A stretch of DNA of 64,000 nt from Escherichia coli (GCF_003019035.1 NZ_CP027447.1), one strand, 5' to 3'. Counted from the stretch's first letter, positions 30,879 through 42,537 are shown. The notes: generated from the sequence alone by a model not told the origin. A program made the numbers and translations.

Positions 30879-30996
30879 CGTTCACCTCATTCGCTATATA
30901 TTGTCATATATAGCGATATTTTAGGCAAAGAACGACTTTTGCGCACGCTATTTTTTCATGCTTGTTTAAGACGTAATCCCGTAAGAGATAAACCTA

Positions 30997-31887
30997 TCAG
31001 GAGAGATATTTATCGAACCATTTCAGCGTCCTTTGCCAGGCAAGATCGGCGGCAGATTTGTCATAACGGGGCGTGGAATCATTATGGAATCCGTGATTAA
31101 CCCCCGGATAGATATACGCCTCATAGACCTTATTATTGGCTTTCAACGCCGCCTCGTAAGCAGGCCAGCCCTCGTTGATTCGGGTGTCCAGTTCCGCGTA
31201 GTGGAGTAGTAAAGGCGCTTCAATCTTCGCCACATCGGCAGTGGGTGCCTGTCGACCATAAAACGGCACCGCGCAGGCCAGTTCCGGATACGCGACAGCC
31301 GCCGCGTTCGATACGCCACCGCCATAGCAAAATCCGGTAATACCCACTTTGCCTGTCGCTTGCGGATAGCGTTGCATAAACTCAATTGCGGCAAAGAAAT
31401 CATTCATCAGTTTGGTTGGATCAACCTGCTGTTGCAGCTCACGACCTTTATCATCATTACCCGGATAACCTCCAACGGAACTTAAGCCGTCAGGTGCCAG
31501 GGCGATATACCCCGCCTTCGCCACTCGCCGTGCCACATCTTCGATATACGGATTCAGTCCACGATTCTCATGCACCACCACTACGGCTGGCGTTTTGCCG
31601 CTCATCTTTGCGGGCTTCACCAGATAACCCCGCACCTCGCCGTGACCATTTGGCGAAGGATACGTGATGTACTCAGCAACAATTTCCGGGTCGGTAAACT
31701 CTACCTGAGTCGCCAGCGCATAATTTGGCTTGAGCAAATCAAACAACGCTAATGCCGTCATCCCGCCTACCGCATACTTCGCCGCAAGGTTGAGGAACTC
31801 ACGTTTCGAGATTTTCCCGTGAGCGTAATAGTCGTAGTAATCCAGCAACTCTTGTGGGAAATCTTTGGCGGTTAAACGCGGCATCAT
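30997..31887 (-). CDS. yghX: dienelactone hydrolase-family protein, apparently intact
   Basis: Continuous ORF (310 aa from first Met, about 296 aa from MMPRL) with alpha/beta-hydrolase nucleophile elbow GFCYGG. Confidence 0.75.
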   Translation of the reverse strand: MMPRLTAKDFPQELLDYYDYYAHGKISKREFLNLAAKYAVGGMTALALFDLLKPNYALATQVEFTDPEIVAEYITYPSPNGHGEVRGYLVKPAKMSGKTPAVVVVHENRGLNPYIEDVARRVAKAGYIALAPDGLSSVGGYPGNDDKGRELQQQVDPTKLMNDFFAAIEFMQRYPQATGKVGITGFCYGGGVSNAAAVAYPELACAVPFYGRQAPTADVAKIEAPLLLHYAELDTRINEGWPAYEAALKANNKVYEAYIYPGVNHGFHNDSTPRYDKSAADLAWQRTLKWFDKYLS

Positions 31888-32040
31888 TGCACTCCTCAGT
31901 TGGTGTTTTTTTAAGCAAAGCATAAGCACGTGTTTTTGCCCAGTTTTTCGTCACTCTGTGAGCCAGACTACGGGATACGCGCTGGCGAATCGCTAAACTA
32001 GAAACATTGTTTCGAAATTGAACGGTGGAAAGGAGAGGTC

Positions 32041-33081
32041 ATGGTCTGGTTAGCGAATCCCGAACGTTACGGGCAGATGCAGTACCGCTATTGCGGAAAA
32101 AGTGGTTTGCGCCTGCCCGCGTTATCGCTCGGTTTATGGCACAATTTCGGTCACGTTAACGCGCTGGAATCACAGCGTGCGATCCTGCGTAAAGCGTTTG
32201 ATTTGGGCATTACGCACTTTGATTTAGCCAATAATTACGGGCCGCCTCCAGGAAGCGCAGAAGAGAACTTTGGTCGCCTGCTGCGCGAGGATTTTGCCGC
32301 TTATCGCGATGAACTGATTATCTCTACCAAGGCTGGCTACGATATGTGGCCCGGCCCTTACGGCTCTGGCGGTTCACGTAAATACCTGCTCGCCAGCCTC
32401 GACCAAAGCCTGAAGCGTATGGGGCTTGAGTATGTCGATATCTTTTACTCTCATCGCGTCGATGAAAATACGCCGATGGAAGAAACCGCCTCTGCGCTGG
32501 CTCATGCGGTACAAAGCGGTAAGGCGCTGTATGTCGGGATCTCCTCTTACTCGCCAGAGCGGACGCAAAAAATGGTCGAGTTACTGCGCGAGTGGAAAAT
32601 TCCGCTGTTAATTCATCAACCTTCGTACAATTTACTGAACCGCTGGGTGGATAAAAGCGGCCTGCTGAATACCCTGCAACATAACGGCGTGGGCTGCATT
32701 GCCTTTACTCCTCTGGCTCAGGGATTGCTGACCGGAAAATATCTCAACGGCATTCCGCAAGATTCACGGATGCATCGTGAAGGGAATAAAGTTCGTGGTC
32801 TGACGCCGAAAATGCTCACCGAAGCCAACCTCAACAGCCTGCGCTTATTGAATGAAATGGCACAGCAGCGTGGACAATCAATGGCGCAAATGGCGTTAAG
32901 CTGGTTGCTGAAAGATGAGCGAGTGACGTCGGTATTGATTGGTGCCAGCCGCGCGGAGCAACTTGAGGAGAACGTGCAGGCGCTGAATAATCTGACATTT
33001 AGCACCGAGGAGCTGGCGCAGATTGATCAGCATATCGCCGATGGCGAGCTGAATCTGTGGCAGGCGTCTTCCGATAAATGA
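32041..33081 (+). CDS. yghZ: aldo-keto reductase (L-glyceraldehyde 3-phosphate reductase)
   Basis: 346-aa AKR-family ORF. Confidence 0.9.
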   Translation: MVWLANPERYGQMQYRYCGKSGLRLPALSLGLWHNFGHVNALESQRAILRKAFDLGITHFDLANNYGPPPGSAEENFGRLLREDFAAYRDELIISTKAGYDMWPGPYGSGGSRKYLLASLDQSLKRMGLEYVDIFYSHRVDENTPMEETASALAHAVQSGKALYVGISSYSPERTQKMVELLREWKIPLLIHQPSYNLLNRWVDKSGLLNTLQHNGVGCIAFTPLAQGLLTGKYLNGIPQDSRMHREGNKVRGLTPKMLTEANLNSLRLLNEMAQQRGQSMAQMALSWLLKDERVTSVLIGASRAEQLEENVQALNNLTFSTEELAQIDQHIADGELNLWQASSDK

Positions 33082-33092
33082 CCTGTTAATAA

Positions 33093-33113
33093 CGGGCGCG
33101 AGAACCGCGCCCG
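33093..33113. terminator. bidirectional stem-loop between yghZ and yqhA
   Basis: GC-rich inverted repeat gggcgcg / cgcgccc with short loop. Confidence 0.5.
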
Positions 33114-33120
33114 AATCAGA

Positions 33121-33684
<564 letters not shown>

Positions 33685-33805
33685 TCAACATATACGTTAA
33701 ACCTTTGTCGCATGATGCTGAGGTTTAGGGATTTTCCTGGTTCCCTTATCAACGCATCGAGAGCGTCTACCCTTAAAGGACGTTGAACCTGAAGGGAGAA
33801 AAACG

Positions 33806-34690
33806 ATGTCTCATTTAAAAGACCCGACCACGCAGTATTACACTGGTGAATATCCCAAACAGAAACAACCGACGCCAGGCATCCAGGCGAAGATGACACC
33901 GGTACCGGATTGCGGCGAGAAAACCTATGTTGGTAGCGGTCGCCTGAAAGATCGTAAGGCACTGGTGACAGGGGGCGATTCCGGAATCGGTCGCGCTGCC
34001 GCCATCGCTTACGCGCGTGAAGGGGCTGACGTGGCGATCAGTTATCTTCCCGTGGAAGAAGAAGACGCTCAGGATGTGAAAAAGATCATTGAAGAATGCG
34101 GACGCAAAGCCGTTCTGCTGCCAGGCGATTTAAGCGATGAGAAATTTGCCCGTTCGCTGGTTCACGAAGCGCATAAGGCCTTAGGCGGGCTGGATATTAT
34201 GGCGCTGGTCGCCGGGAAACAGGTTGCCATTCCTGATATTGCAGACCTCACCAGCGAACAGTTTCAAAAGACCTTTGCCATTAACGTTTTCGCGCTATTC
34301 TGGCTAACCCAGGAAGCGATCCCCCTGCTACCGAAAGGTGCAAGTATTATCACCACTTCGTCAATCCAGGCATACCAGCCAAGCCCGCATTTACTGGACT
34401 ATGCGGCTACGAAGGCGGCGATTCTGAACTACAGCCGAGGCCTGGCAAAACAGGTCGCGGAGAAAGGTATTCGGGTGAATATTGTCGCGCCAGGCCCGAT
34501 CTGGACAGCACTGCAAATTTCCGGCGGGCAAACGCAGGATAAGATCCCGCAGTTTGGTCAGCAAACGCCGATGAAACGTGCGGGGCAACCGGCGGAACTG
34601 GCCCCTGTATATGTTTATCTGGCAAGTCAGGAATCGAGCTACGTCACCGCAGAAGTGCACGGCGTGTGCGGCGGCGAGCATTTAGGTTAA
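33806..34690 (+). CDS. yghA: short-chain dehydrogenase/reductase
   Basis: 294-aa ORF; SDR motif [10 protein letters not shown]. Confidence 0.9.
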
Positions 34691-34694
34691 AAAA

Positions 34695-34731
34695 ATGCCC
34701 GGTTGTGAAAAGCAACCGGGCATCATTTTTA
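34695..34731. terminator. bidirectional rho-independent terminator between yghA and exbD
   Basis: atgcccggttg / caaccgggcat 11-bp stem flanked by A-run upstream and T-run downstream. Confidence 0.65.
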
Positions 34732-35154
34732 TTTCGCTTTGGCAGTTTCTTCGCCAACCAGACCTATCTTCAGGTAACCCGCCTGATGCAGCGTATCCAT
34801 TACCTTCATCAACGTCTCGTAATCGACGGTTTTGTCCGCTCGGAAGAAGATGGTGGTGTCTTTCTTGCCTTCGGTTAACGCATTCAACGCCGTAATCATT
34901 GTTTCATCGGTGACCGGATCGTTACCGATAAACATCGAGTTGTCTGCCTTCACCGACAGATAAACCGGTTTTTCCGGGCGCGGCTGCGGCGTGCTGGTAG
35001 AAGCAGGCAAGTTCACCTTCACATCTACCGTCGCTAACGGTGCCGCCACCATAAAGATAATCAGCAGAACCAACATCACGTCGATAAACGGCGTCACGTT
35101 GATATCATGCATTTCGCCGTTATCGTCGAGGTTTTCGTTAAGATGCATTGCCAT
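34729..35154 (-). CDS. exbD: TonB-system energising protein ExbD
   Basis: 141-aa ORF. Confidence 0.9.
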   Translation of the reverse strand: MAMHLNENLDDNGEMHDINVTPFIDVMLVLLIIFMVAAPLATVDVKVNLPASTSTPQPRPEKPVYLSVKADNSMFIGNDPVTDETMITALNALTEGKKDTTIFFRADKTVDYETLMKVMDTLHQAGYLKIGLVGEETAKAK

Positions 35155-35160
35155 CGGACA

Positions 35161-35895
35161 TTATCCTGCGCGTAATTTTTGTGCAACACGAACCGGATGC
35201 GCAGCGGCGCTGGCTTCCAGATCCAGGTCACGGCTTTGCAGCAACAATACCTGCGCTGCAACATCACCCAGCATCGCTTTAAAGCCGCCAATCTGGCGTG
35301 CAAATACGTTATAGATAACGACCGCCGGAATCGCTGCCACGAGGCCGATTGCCGTTGCTAACAGAGCTTCTGCGATACCCGGCGCAACGACTGCCAGGTT
35401 AGTGGTCTGCGTTTGCGCGATACCAATAAAGCTGTTCATGATGCCCCAGACCGTACCAAACAGACCAACGAACGGCGAAATCGCGCCGATGGTTGCCAGA
35501 TAGCCGTTACCGCGGCCCATTTGACGACCTACTGCGGCGACCCGACGCTCCAGACGGAAGCTGGTACGTTCTTTAATACCTTCGTTATCGTCGCTGCCTT
35601 CTGACAGTTCCAGCTCATTCTGCGCTTCATTGAGCAAATGCAGGCTTAAGCTTTTGCTACCAAAATCAGCGGCGATATCGTTGGCCTGGTTTAAGGAACG
35701 CGCTTCAGCCAGCAGTTGCTGCTCGCGCTTAAGGCGACGCTTCTGATTGAAGAACTCTACGCTCTTACTGAAGAAGATTGCCCAGGTGACTACGGAGGCC
35801 AAAATAAGCCCAATCATCACGCACTTAACGACAATATCGGCGTGCTGATACATACCCCAGACGGAAAGGTCCGTCTGCATTAAATTATTACCCAC
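35161..35895 (-). CDS. exbB: TonB-system proton channel ExbB
   Basis: 244-aa ORF, MotA/TolQ/ExbB family. Confidence 0.9.
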   Translation of the reverse strand: MGNNLMQTDLSVWGMYQHADIVVKCVMIGLILASVVTWAIFFSKSVEFFNQKRRLKREQQLLAEARSLNQANDIAADFGSKSLSLHLLNEAQNELELSEGSDDNEGIKERTSFRLERRVAAVGRQMGRGNGYLATIGAISPFVGLFGTVWGIMNSFIGIAQTQTTNLAVVAPGIAEALLATAIGLVAAIPAVVIYNVFARQIGGFKAMLGDVAAQVLLLQSRDLDLEASAAAHPVRVAQKLRAG

Positions 35896-36113
35896 TGTGT
35901 ATCTCCAGGACGCAAGTCACAAAATCTGCGCATAATAATATCAAAACGACGTCGAATTGATAGTCGTTCTCATTACTATTTGCATACTGCCGTACCTTTG
36001 CTTTCTTTTCCTTGCGTTTACGCAGTAAAAAAGTCACCAGCACGCCATTTGCGAAAATTTTCTGCTTTATGCCAATTCTTCAGGATGCGCCCGCGAATAT
36101 TCATGCTAGTTTA

Positions 36114-36129
36114 GACATCCAGACGTATA
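36114..36129 (+). promoter_or_regulatory. tandem MetJ boxes upstream of metC
   Basis: agacatcc agacgtat, two 8-bp repeats resembling met-box consensus AGACGTCT, about 18 bp upstream of the metC start. Confidence 0.55.
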
Positions 36130-36146
36130 AAAACAGGAATCCCGAC

Positions 36147-37334
36147 ATGGCGGACAAAAAGCTTGATACTCAACTGGTGAATGCAGGACGCAGCAAAAAA
36201 TACACTCTCGGCGCGGTAAATAGCGTGATTCAGCGCGCTTCTTCGCTGGTCTTTGACAGTGTGGCAGCCAAAAAGCACGCGACGCGCAATCGCGCCAATG
36301 GCGAGTTGTTCTATGGACGGCGCGGAACGTTAACCCATTTTTCCTTACAACAAGCGATGTGTGAACTGGAAGGTGGCGCAGGCTGCGTGCTGTTCCCCTG
36401 CGGGGCGGCGGCGGTTGCTAATTCTATTCTTGCTTTTGTCGAACAGGGCGATCATGTGTTGATGACCAACACCGCCTATGAACCGAGTCAGGATTTCTGT
36501 AGCAAAATCCTCAGCAAACTGGGCGTAACGACATCGTGGTTTGATCCGCTGATTGGCGCAGATATCGTTAAACATGTGCAGCCAAACACTAAAATCGTGT
36601 TTCTGGAATCCCCAGGCTCCATCACCATGGAAGTCCACGACGTTCCGGCGATTGTTGCCGCCGTGCGCAGTGTGGTGCCGGATGCCATCATTATGATCGA
36701 TAACACCTGGGCGGCCGGTGTGCTGTTTAAGGCGCTGGATTTTGGCATCGATGTTTCCATTCAGGCCGCTACCAAATATCTGGTTGGGCATTCAGATGCG
36801 ATGATTGGTACTGCCGTATGCAATGCCCGTTGCTGGGAGCAGCTGCGGGAGAATGCCTATCTGATGGGCCAGATGGTCGATGCCGATACCGCTTATATAA
36901 CCAGCCGTGGCCTGCGCACTTTGGGTGTTCGCCTGCGTCAACATCATGAAAGCAGTCTGAAAGTGGCTGAGTGGCTGGCAGAACATCCGCAAGTAGCGCG
37001 AGTTAACCACCCTGCTCTGCCTGGCAGTAAAGGCCACGAATTCTGGAAACGAGACTTTACAGGTAGCAGCGGGCTATTTTCCTTTGTGCTTAAGAAAAAA
37101 CTCAATGATGAAGAGCTGGCGAACTATCTGGATAACTTCAGTTTATTCAGCATGGCCTACTCGTGGGGCGGGTATGAATCGTTGATCCTGGCAAATCAAC
37201 CAGAACATATCGCCGCCATTCGTCCACAAGGCGAGATCGATTTTAGCGGGACCTTGATTCGCCTGCATATTGGTCTGGAAGATGTCGACGATCTGATTGC
37301 CGATCTGGACGCCGGTTTTGCGCGAATTGTATAA
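36147..37334 (+). CDS. metC: cystathionine beta-lyase
   Basis: 440-aa ORF trimmed to [15 protein letters not shown] start (395 aa); PLP fold. Confidence 0.9.
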   Translation: MADKKLDTQLVNAGRSKKYTLGAVNSVIQRASSLVFDSVAAKKHATRNRANGELFYGRRGTLTHFSLQQAMCELEGGAGCVLFPCGAAAVANSILAFVEQGDHVLMTNTAYEPSQDFCSKILSKLGVTTSWFDPLIGADIVKHVQPNTKIVFLESPGSITMEVHDVPAIVAAVRSVVPDAIIMIDNTWAAGVLFKALDFGIDVSIQAATKYLVGHSDAMIGTAVCNARCWEQLRENAYLMGQMVDADTAYITSRGLRTLGVRLRQHHESSLKVAEWLAEHPQVARVNHPALPGSKGHEFWKRDFTGSSGLFSFVLKKKLNDEELANYLDNFSLFSMAYSWGGYESLILANQPEHIAAIRPQGEIDFSGTLIRLHIGLEDVDDLIADLDAGFARIV

Positions 37335-37473
37335 CATTGCCACTTTTGGACAATTTTGCAGACATTTTATTGTGAAAAGTCTTAAATTGTTGCGTCCGGG
37401 ATCAAGGCGTCCCGGACGATTCAGGAGTACAATAGGCAGATAAAGGCTTAAACGCTGTTCCACAGGAAAGTCC

Positions 37474-38133
37474 ATGGCTGTTATTCAAGATATCATCGCT
37501 GCGCTCTGGCAACACGACTTTGCCGCGCTGGCGGATCCTCATATTGTTAGCGTTGTTTACTTTGTCATGTTTGCCACGCTGTTTTTAGAAAACGGCCTGC
37601 TGCCCGCCTCATTTTTGCCAGGCGACAGCTTGTTGATATTGGCTGGCGCATTGATTGCCCAGGGGGTTATGGATTTTCTGCCTACGATTGCGATTCTGAC
37701 CGCCGCAGCAAGTCTGGGCTGCTGGTTAAGTTATATTCAGGGGCGCTGGTTAGGGAATACCAAAACGGTGAAAGGCTGGCTGGCACAGCTTCCTGCTAAA
37801 TATCACCAGCGCGCCACCTGCATGTTTGACCGCCACGGTCTGCTGGCGCTGCTGGCTGGACGTTTTCTTGCATTTGTCCGTACGTTGCTGCCAACCATGG
37901 CGGGAATTTCCGGTCTGCCAAACCGCCGCTTCCAGTTTTTCAACTGGTTAAGCGGATTGCTGTGGGTCAGCGTGGTAACCAGTTTCGGCTATGCATTAAG
38001 TATGATTCCGTTCGTTAAACGCCATGAAGATCAGGTAATGACGTTCCTGATGATCCTGCCAATTGCCTTGTTAACCGCTGGCTTGTTAGGCACGCTGTTT
38101 GTGGTGATTAAAAAAAAATACTGTAACGCCTGA
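37474..38133 (+). CDS. yghB: DedA-family inner membrane protein
   Basis: 219-aa ORF. Confidence 0.9.
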
Positions 38134-38143
38134 CGATTTTCCC

Positions 38144-38175
38144 CGTTCCCGGTTGCTGCACCGGGAACGTATTTA
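38144..38175. terminator. stem-loop terminator between yghB and yqhC
   Basis: cgttcccggt / accgggaacg 10-bp perfect stem, 6-nt loop, followed by tatttaatt. Confidence 0.6.
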
Positions 38176-39129
38176 ATTCCCCTGCATCGCCCGCATTCTT
38201 GCCGCATCTTCCCCCGGCGTCACACCAAAGTAACGTTTAAACTCACGGCTAAATTGCGATGCGCTTTCGTAACCGACGCGCATCGCTGCCGCACTGGCTT
38301 TCATGCCGTCGTGGATGATCATCATCCGCGCCTTATGCAGACGGTAATTCTTCAAATACTGCAACGGCGAGGTGCTGGTGACAGACTTAAAATTATGGTG
38401 GAACGCCGATACGCTCATGTTGGCTTCTGCCGCCAGTTGCTCGACGCTCAGGTTTTCGGTGTATTTATTCTCAATCCGTTTCAGCACGCGGCTAATCAGG
38501 CTGAAGTGAGTCTGGCGACTGACCAGCGCCAGTAACGCGCCGCCGCAAGGTCCGGTCAGCACGTAGTACAGAATTTCGCGGATGATCTGTTTGCCGAGAA
38601 TACGCGCATCCAGTGGTCGCTCCATCACGTCGAGTAACCGCTCCGCCGCGCATAAAATCTCTTCTGATAACGTGGCAGAGTTAATCCCGCTGGCTGCCAT
38701 CGACGGCTGGAAATGCTCATCTTCGCCAATGTCCATCAACAGTTCCTGTAACTGCAAAATATCGACATTGAGACGCAACCCTGCCAGCGGCACCTCTGAC
38801 GTGGCATAGGTTTCGCACTCAAACGGCAACGGCACCGTCAGCAGCAGGTATTCATTGGCATCATAACGAAACACGCGTTCATTGATATAACCGATTTTAT
38901 GCCCGGAAAAGAGAATTATGATGCCAGGCTCGTACATCACCGGTGTGCGTGCGAAGGGCGTCTCGCCATACAACAAACGCACATCGGGCAACAGCTCTGA
39001 CAAACTATTTTCTTTATTTTTCAGTTTATTAACTTTATCCGCCAGCAAGCGGCAAATCTCTTCACGTTTCATATCGCGTAATTTCTTAGGAATAATGCGG
39101 CAATTTGATTGTGCGCAATTTTGTAGCAT
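38173..39129 (-). CDS. yqhC: AraC-family transcriptional activator of yqhD-dkgA
   Basis: 375-aa ORF trimmed to [10 protein letters not shown] start (318 aa); C-terminal AraC HTH. Confidence 0.85.
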   Translation of the reverse strand: MLQNCAQSNCRIIPKKLRDMKREEICRLLADKVNKLKNKENSLSELLPDVRLLYGETPFARTPVMYEPGIIILFSGHKIGYINERVFRYDANEYLLLTVPLPFECETYATSEVPLAGLRLNVDILQLQELLMDIGEDEHFQPSMAASGINSATLSEEILCAAERLLDVMERPLDARILGKQIIREILYYVLTGPCGGALLALVSRQTHFSLISRVLKRIENKYTENLSVEQLAAEANMSVSAFHHNFKSVTSTSPLQYLKNYRLHKARMMIIHDGMKASAAAMRVGYESASQFSREFKRYFGVTPGEDAARMRAMQGN

Positions 39130-39265
39130 TTCTCCAGCACTCTGGAGAAATAGGCAAGACATTGGCAGAAATGAGCATTGAGAGGTACGGCGCTGGCGAC
39201 CACAATGAAAAACATCAGGCAGACCGATCTCTGCCCTCATATTGGCCCAGCAAAGGGAGCAAGTA

Positions 39266-40429
39266 ATGAACAACTTTAATCTGCACACCCCAACCCGCAT
39301 TCTGTTTGGTAAAGGCGCTATCGCTGGTTTACGCGAGCAAATTCCTCATGGCGCCCGCGTATTGATTACCTACGGCGGCGGCAGCGTGAAAAAAACCGGC
39401 GTTCTCGATCAAGTTCTGGATGCCCTGAAAGGCATGGACGTGCTGGAATTTGGCGGTATTGAGCCAAACCCGGCTTATGAAACGCTGATGAACGCCGTGA
39501 AACTGGTTCGCGAACAGAAAGTGACCTTCCTGCTGGCGGTTGGCGGCGGTTCTGTACTGGACGGCACCAAATTTATCGCCGCAGCGGCTAACTATCCGGA
39601 AAATATCGATCCGTGGCACATTCTGCAAACGGGCGGCAAAGAGATTAAAAGCGCCATCCCGATGGGCTGTGTGCTGACGCTGCCAGCAACCGGTTCAGAA
39701 TCCAACGCAGGCGCGGTGATCTCCCGTAAAACCACAGGCGACAAGCAGGCATTCCATTCTGCCCATGTTCAACCCGTATTTGCCGTGCTCGATCCGGTTT
39801 ATACCTACACTCTGCCGCCGCGTCAGGTGGCTAACGGTGTAGTGGATGCCTTTGTGCACACCGTGGAACAGTATGTTACCAAACCGGTTGATGCCAAAAT
39901 TCAGGACCGTTTCGCAGAAGGCATTTTGTTGACGCTGATCGAAGATGGTCCGAAAGCCCTGAAAGAGCCAGAAAACTACGATGTGCGCGCCAACGTCATG
40001 TGGGCGGCGACGCAGGCGCTGAACGGTTTGATTGGCGCTGGCGTACCGCAGGACTGGGCAACGCATATGCTGGGCCACGAACTGACTGCGATGCACGGTC
40101 TGGATCACGCGCAAACACTGGCTATCGTCCTGCCTGCACTGTGGAATGAAAAACGCGATACCAAGCGCGCTAAGCTGCTGCAATATGCTGAACGCGTCTG
40201 GAACATCACTGAAGGTTCCGACGATGAGCGTATTGACGCCGCGATTGCCGCAACCCGCAATTTCTTTGAGCAATTAGGCGTGCCTACCCACCTCTCCGAC
40301 TACGGTCTGGACGGCAGCTCCATCCCGGCTTTGCTGAAAAAACTGGAAGAGCACGGCATGACCCAACTGGGCGAAAATCATGACATTACGCTGGATGTCA
40401 GCCGCCGTATATACGAAGCCGCCCGCTAA
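39266..40429 (+). CDS. yqhD: NADPH-dependent aldehyde reductase (iron-type alcohol dehydrogenase)
   Basis: Start set at [17 protein letters not shown] (387 aa). Confidence 0.95.
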   Translation: MNNFNLHTPTRILFGKGAIAGLREQIPHGARVLITYGGGSVKKTGVLDQVLDALKGMDVLEFGGIEPNPAYETLMNAVKLVREQKVTFLLAVGGGSVLDGTKFIAAAANYPENIDPWHILQTGGKEIKSAIPMGCVLTLPATGSESNAGAVISRKTTGDKQAFHSAHVQPVFAVLDPVYTYTLPPRQVANGVVDAFVHTVEQYVTKPVDAKIQDRFAEGILLTLIEDGPKALKEPENYDVRANVMWAATQALNGLIGAGVPQDWATHMLGHELTAMHGLDHAQTLAIVLPALWNEKRDTKRAKLLQYAERVWNITEGSDDERIDAAIAATRNFFEQLGVPTHLSDYGLDGSSIPALLKKLEEHGMTQLGENHDITLDVSRRIYEAAR

Positions 40430-40533
40430 GCTTTTTACGCCTCAAACTTTCGTTTTCGGGCATTTCGTCCAGACTTAAGTTCACAACACCTCACCGGAGC
40501 CTGCTCCGGTGAGTTCATATAAAGGAGGAACGT

Positions 40534-41361
40534 ATGGCTAATCCAACCGTTATTAAGCTACAGGATGGCAATGTCATGCCCCAGCTGGGACTGGGCGTCT
40601 GGCAAGCAAGTAATGAGGAAGTAATCACCGCCATTCAAAAAGCGTTAGACGTGGGTTATCGCTCGATTGATACCGCCGCGGCCTACAAGAACGAAGAAGG
40701 TGTCGGCAAAGCCCTGAAAAATGCCTCAGTCAACAGAGAAGAACTGTTCATCACCACGAAACTGTGGAACGACGACCACAAGCGCCCCCGCGAAGCCCTG
40801 CTCGACAGCCTGAAAAAACTCCAGCTTGATTATATCGACCTCTACTTAATGCACTGGCCCGTTCCCGCTATCGACCATTATGTCGAAGCATGGAAAGGCA
40901 TGATCGAATTGCAAAAAGAGGGATTAATCAAAAGCATCGGCGTGTGCAACTTCCAGATCCATCACCTGCAACGCCTGATTGATGAAACTGGCGTGACGCC
41001 TGTTATTAATCAGATCGAACTTCACCCGCTGATGCAACAACGCCAGCTACATGCCTGGAACGCGACACACAAAATCCAGACCGAATCCTGGAGCCCATTA
41101 GCGCAAGGAGGGAAAGGCGTTTTCGATCAGAAAGTCATTCGCGATCTGGCAGATAAATACGGCAAAACCCCGGCGCAGATTGTTATCCGCTGGCATCTGG
41201 ATAGCGGCCTGGTGGTGATCCCGAAATCGGTCACACCTTCACGTATTGCCGAAAACTTTGATGTCTGGGATTTCCGTCTCGACAAAGACGAACTCGGCGA
41301 AATTGCAAAACTCGATCAGGGCAAGCGTCTCGGTCCCGATCCTGACCAGTTTGGCGGCTAA
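40534..41361 (+). CDS. dkgA: 2,5-diketo-D-gluconate reductase A / methylglyoxal reductase
   Basis: 275-aa AKR-family ORF starting MANPTVIKLQDGNVMPQLGLG. Confidence 0.95.
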   Translation: MANPTVIKLQDGNVMPQLGLGVWQASNEEVITAIQKALDVGYRSIDTAAAYKNEEGVGKALKNASVNREELFITTKLWNDDHKRPREALLDSLKKLQLDYIDLYLMHWPVPAIDHYVEAWKGMIELQKEGLIKSIGVCNFQIHHLQRLIDETGVTPVINQIELHPLMQQRQLHAWNATHKIQTESWSPLAQGGKGVFDQKVIRDLADKYGKTPAQIVIRWHLDSGLVVIPKSVTPSRIAENFDVWDFRLDKDELGEIAKLDQGKRLGPDPDQFGG

Positions 41362-41560
41362 CGTGCAAATTCTCCCGGTGGCGGTAATGTTCCGCTACCG
41401 GACTTTTCAGAAATCATTTATTCCCCTCGCGTCCCGCCCGTTGCTACTCTTCCTTGTTCAGGAATGCCAAATATAAGGACATCATCATGCAGAGCCGGAA
41501 GCTCTTAAAGGAACAACTCATCTACACCCGGGATAAACGCAACGGAGAGGTGAAAAACAG

Positions 41561-42487
41561 ATGAAAATAATACTTCTGTTTTTAGCAGCCCTGGCAAGTT
41601 TTACCGTACACGCGCAGCCTCCTTCACAGACCGTAGAACAAACAGTCCGGCAGATTTATCAGAACTATAAATCAGATGCCAGTACGCCTTATTTCGGTGA
41701 AACCGGAGAGCGGGCGATAACTTCTGCGCGTATTCAACAGGCGCTTACCCTGAACGACAATCTTACACTACCGGGCAATATTGGCTGGCTGGATTATGAT
41801 CCGGTTTGTGATTGTCAGGATTTTGGCGATCTGGTGTTAGAAAGCGTAGCGATAACCCAACCTGACGCCGATCATGCCGATGCCGTTGTGCGCTTTCGTA
41901 TCTTTAAAGACGATAAAGAAAAGACCACGCAGACACTGAAAATGGTGGCGGAAAATGGTCGTTGGGTCATTGACGATATTGTCAGCAATCATGGCAGCGT
42001 CTTACAAGCGGTTAATAGCGAGAATGAAAAAACGCTGGCCGCTATAGCTTCGTTGCAAAAAGAACAGCCGGAAGCCTTTGTTGCCGAACTCTTTGAACAT
42101 ATTGCTGATTATAGCTGGCCGTGGACGTGGGTGGTTTCCGACTCTTACCGCCAGGCGGTCAATGCCTTCTATAAAACCACCTTCAAGACTACCAACAATC
42201 CCGATGAAGATATGCAAATAGAACGGCAATTTATTTACGACAATCCGATCTGTTTTGGCGAAGAGTCGCTATTTTCACGCGTTGATGAAATCCGTGTCCT
42301 GGAGAAAACCGCCGATTCCGCCCGCATTCATGTTCGTTTTACGCTGACCAATGGCAACAACGAAGAGCAAGAACTGGTTTTACAGCGGCGCGAAGGTAAG
42401 TGGAAAATCGCTGATTTTATCCGCCCGAACAGCGGCAGCCTACTTAAGCAGATTGAGGCAAAAACCGCCGCCAGATTAAAACAATGA
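41561..42487 (+). CDS. yqhG: DUF3828-family periplasmic protein
   Basis: 308-aa ORF with signal peptide MKIILLFLAALASFTVHA. Confidence 0.85.
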   Translation: MKIILLFLAALASFTVHAQPPSQTVEQTVRQIYQNYKSDASTPYFGETGERAITSARIQQALTLNDNLTLPGNIGWLDYDPVCDCQDFGDLVLESVAITQPDADHADAVVRFRIFKDDKEKTTQTLKMVAENGRWVIDDIVSNHGSVLQAVNSENEKTLAAIASLQKEQPEAFVAELFEHIADYSWPWTWVVSDSYRQAVNAFYKTTFKTTNNPDEDMQIERQFIYDNPICFGEESLFSRVDEIRVLEKTADSARIHVRFTLTNGNNEEQELVLQRREGKWKIADFIRPNSGSLLKQIEAKTAARLKQ

Positions 42488-42537
42488 GCTGAATTAAATA
42501 ACAATTAGCCGGAACAATAAATAAAAGGGAACACTAT

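Noticed and set aside
35896-36011. Possible Fur box upstream of exbB
   Set aside because: Expected from known Fur regulation of exbBD, but I could not identify a convincing match to the 19-bp GATAATGATAATCATTATC consensus by eye; only weak partial similarity around 35950-35980, so not reported as a feature.
36012-36146. 5' extensions of six-frame ORFs (metC 440 aa, yqhC 375 aa, glcF 470 aa, glcC 274 aa, ygiS 556 aa, ygiW 149 aa and others)
   Set aside because: The longest-ORF starts run through upstream regulatory DNA; internal Met codons reproduce the known protein lengths and N-termini, so the shorter starts were used.
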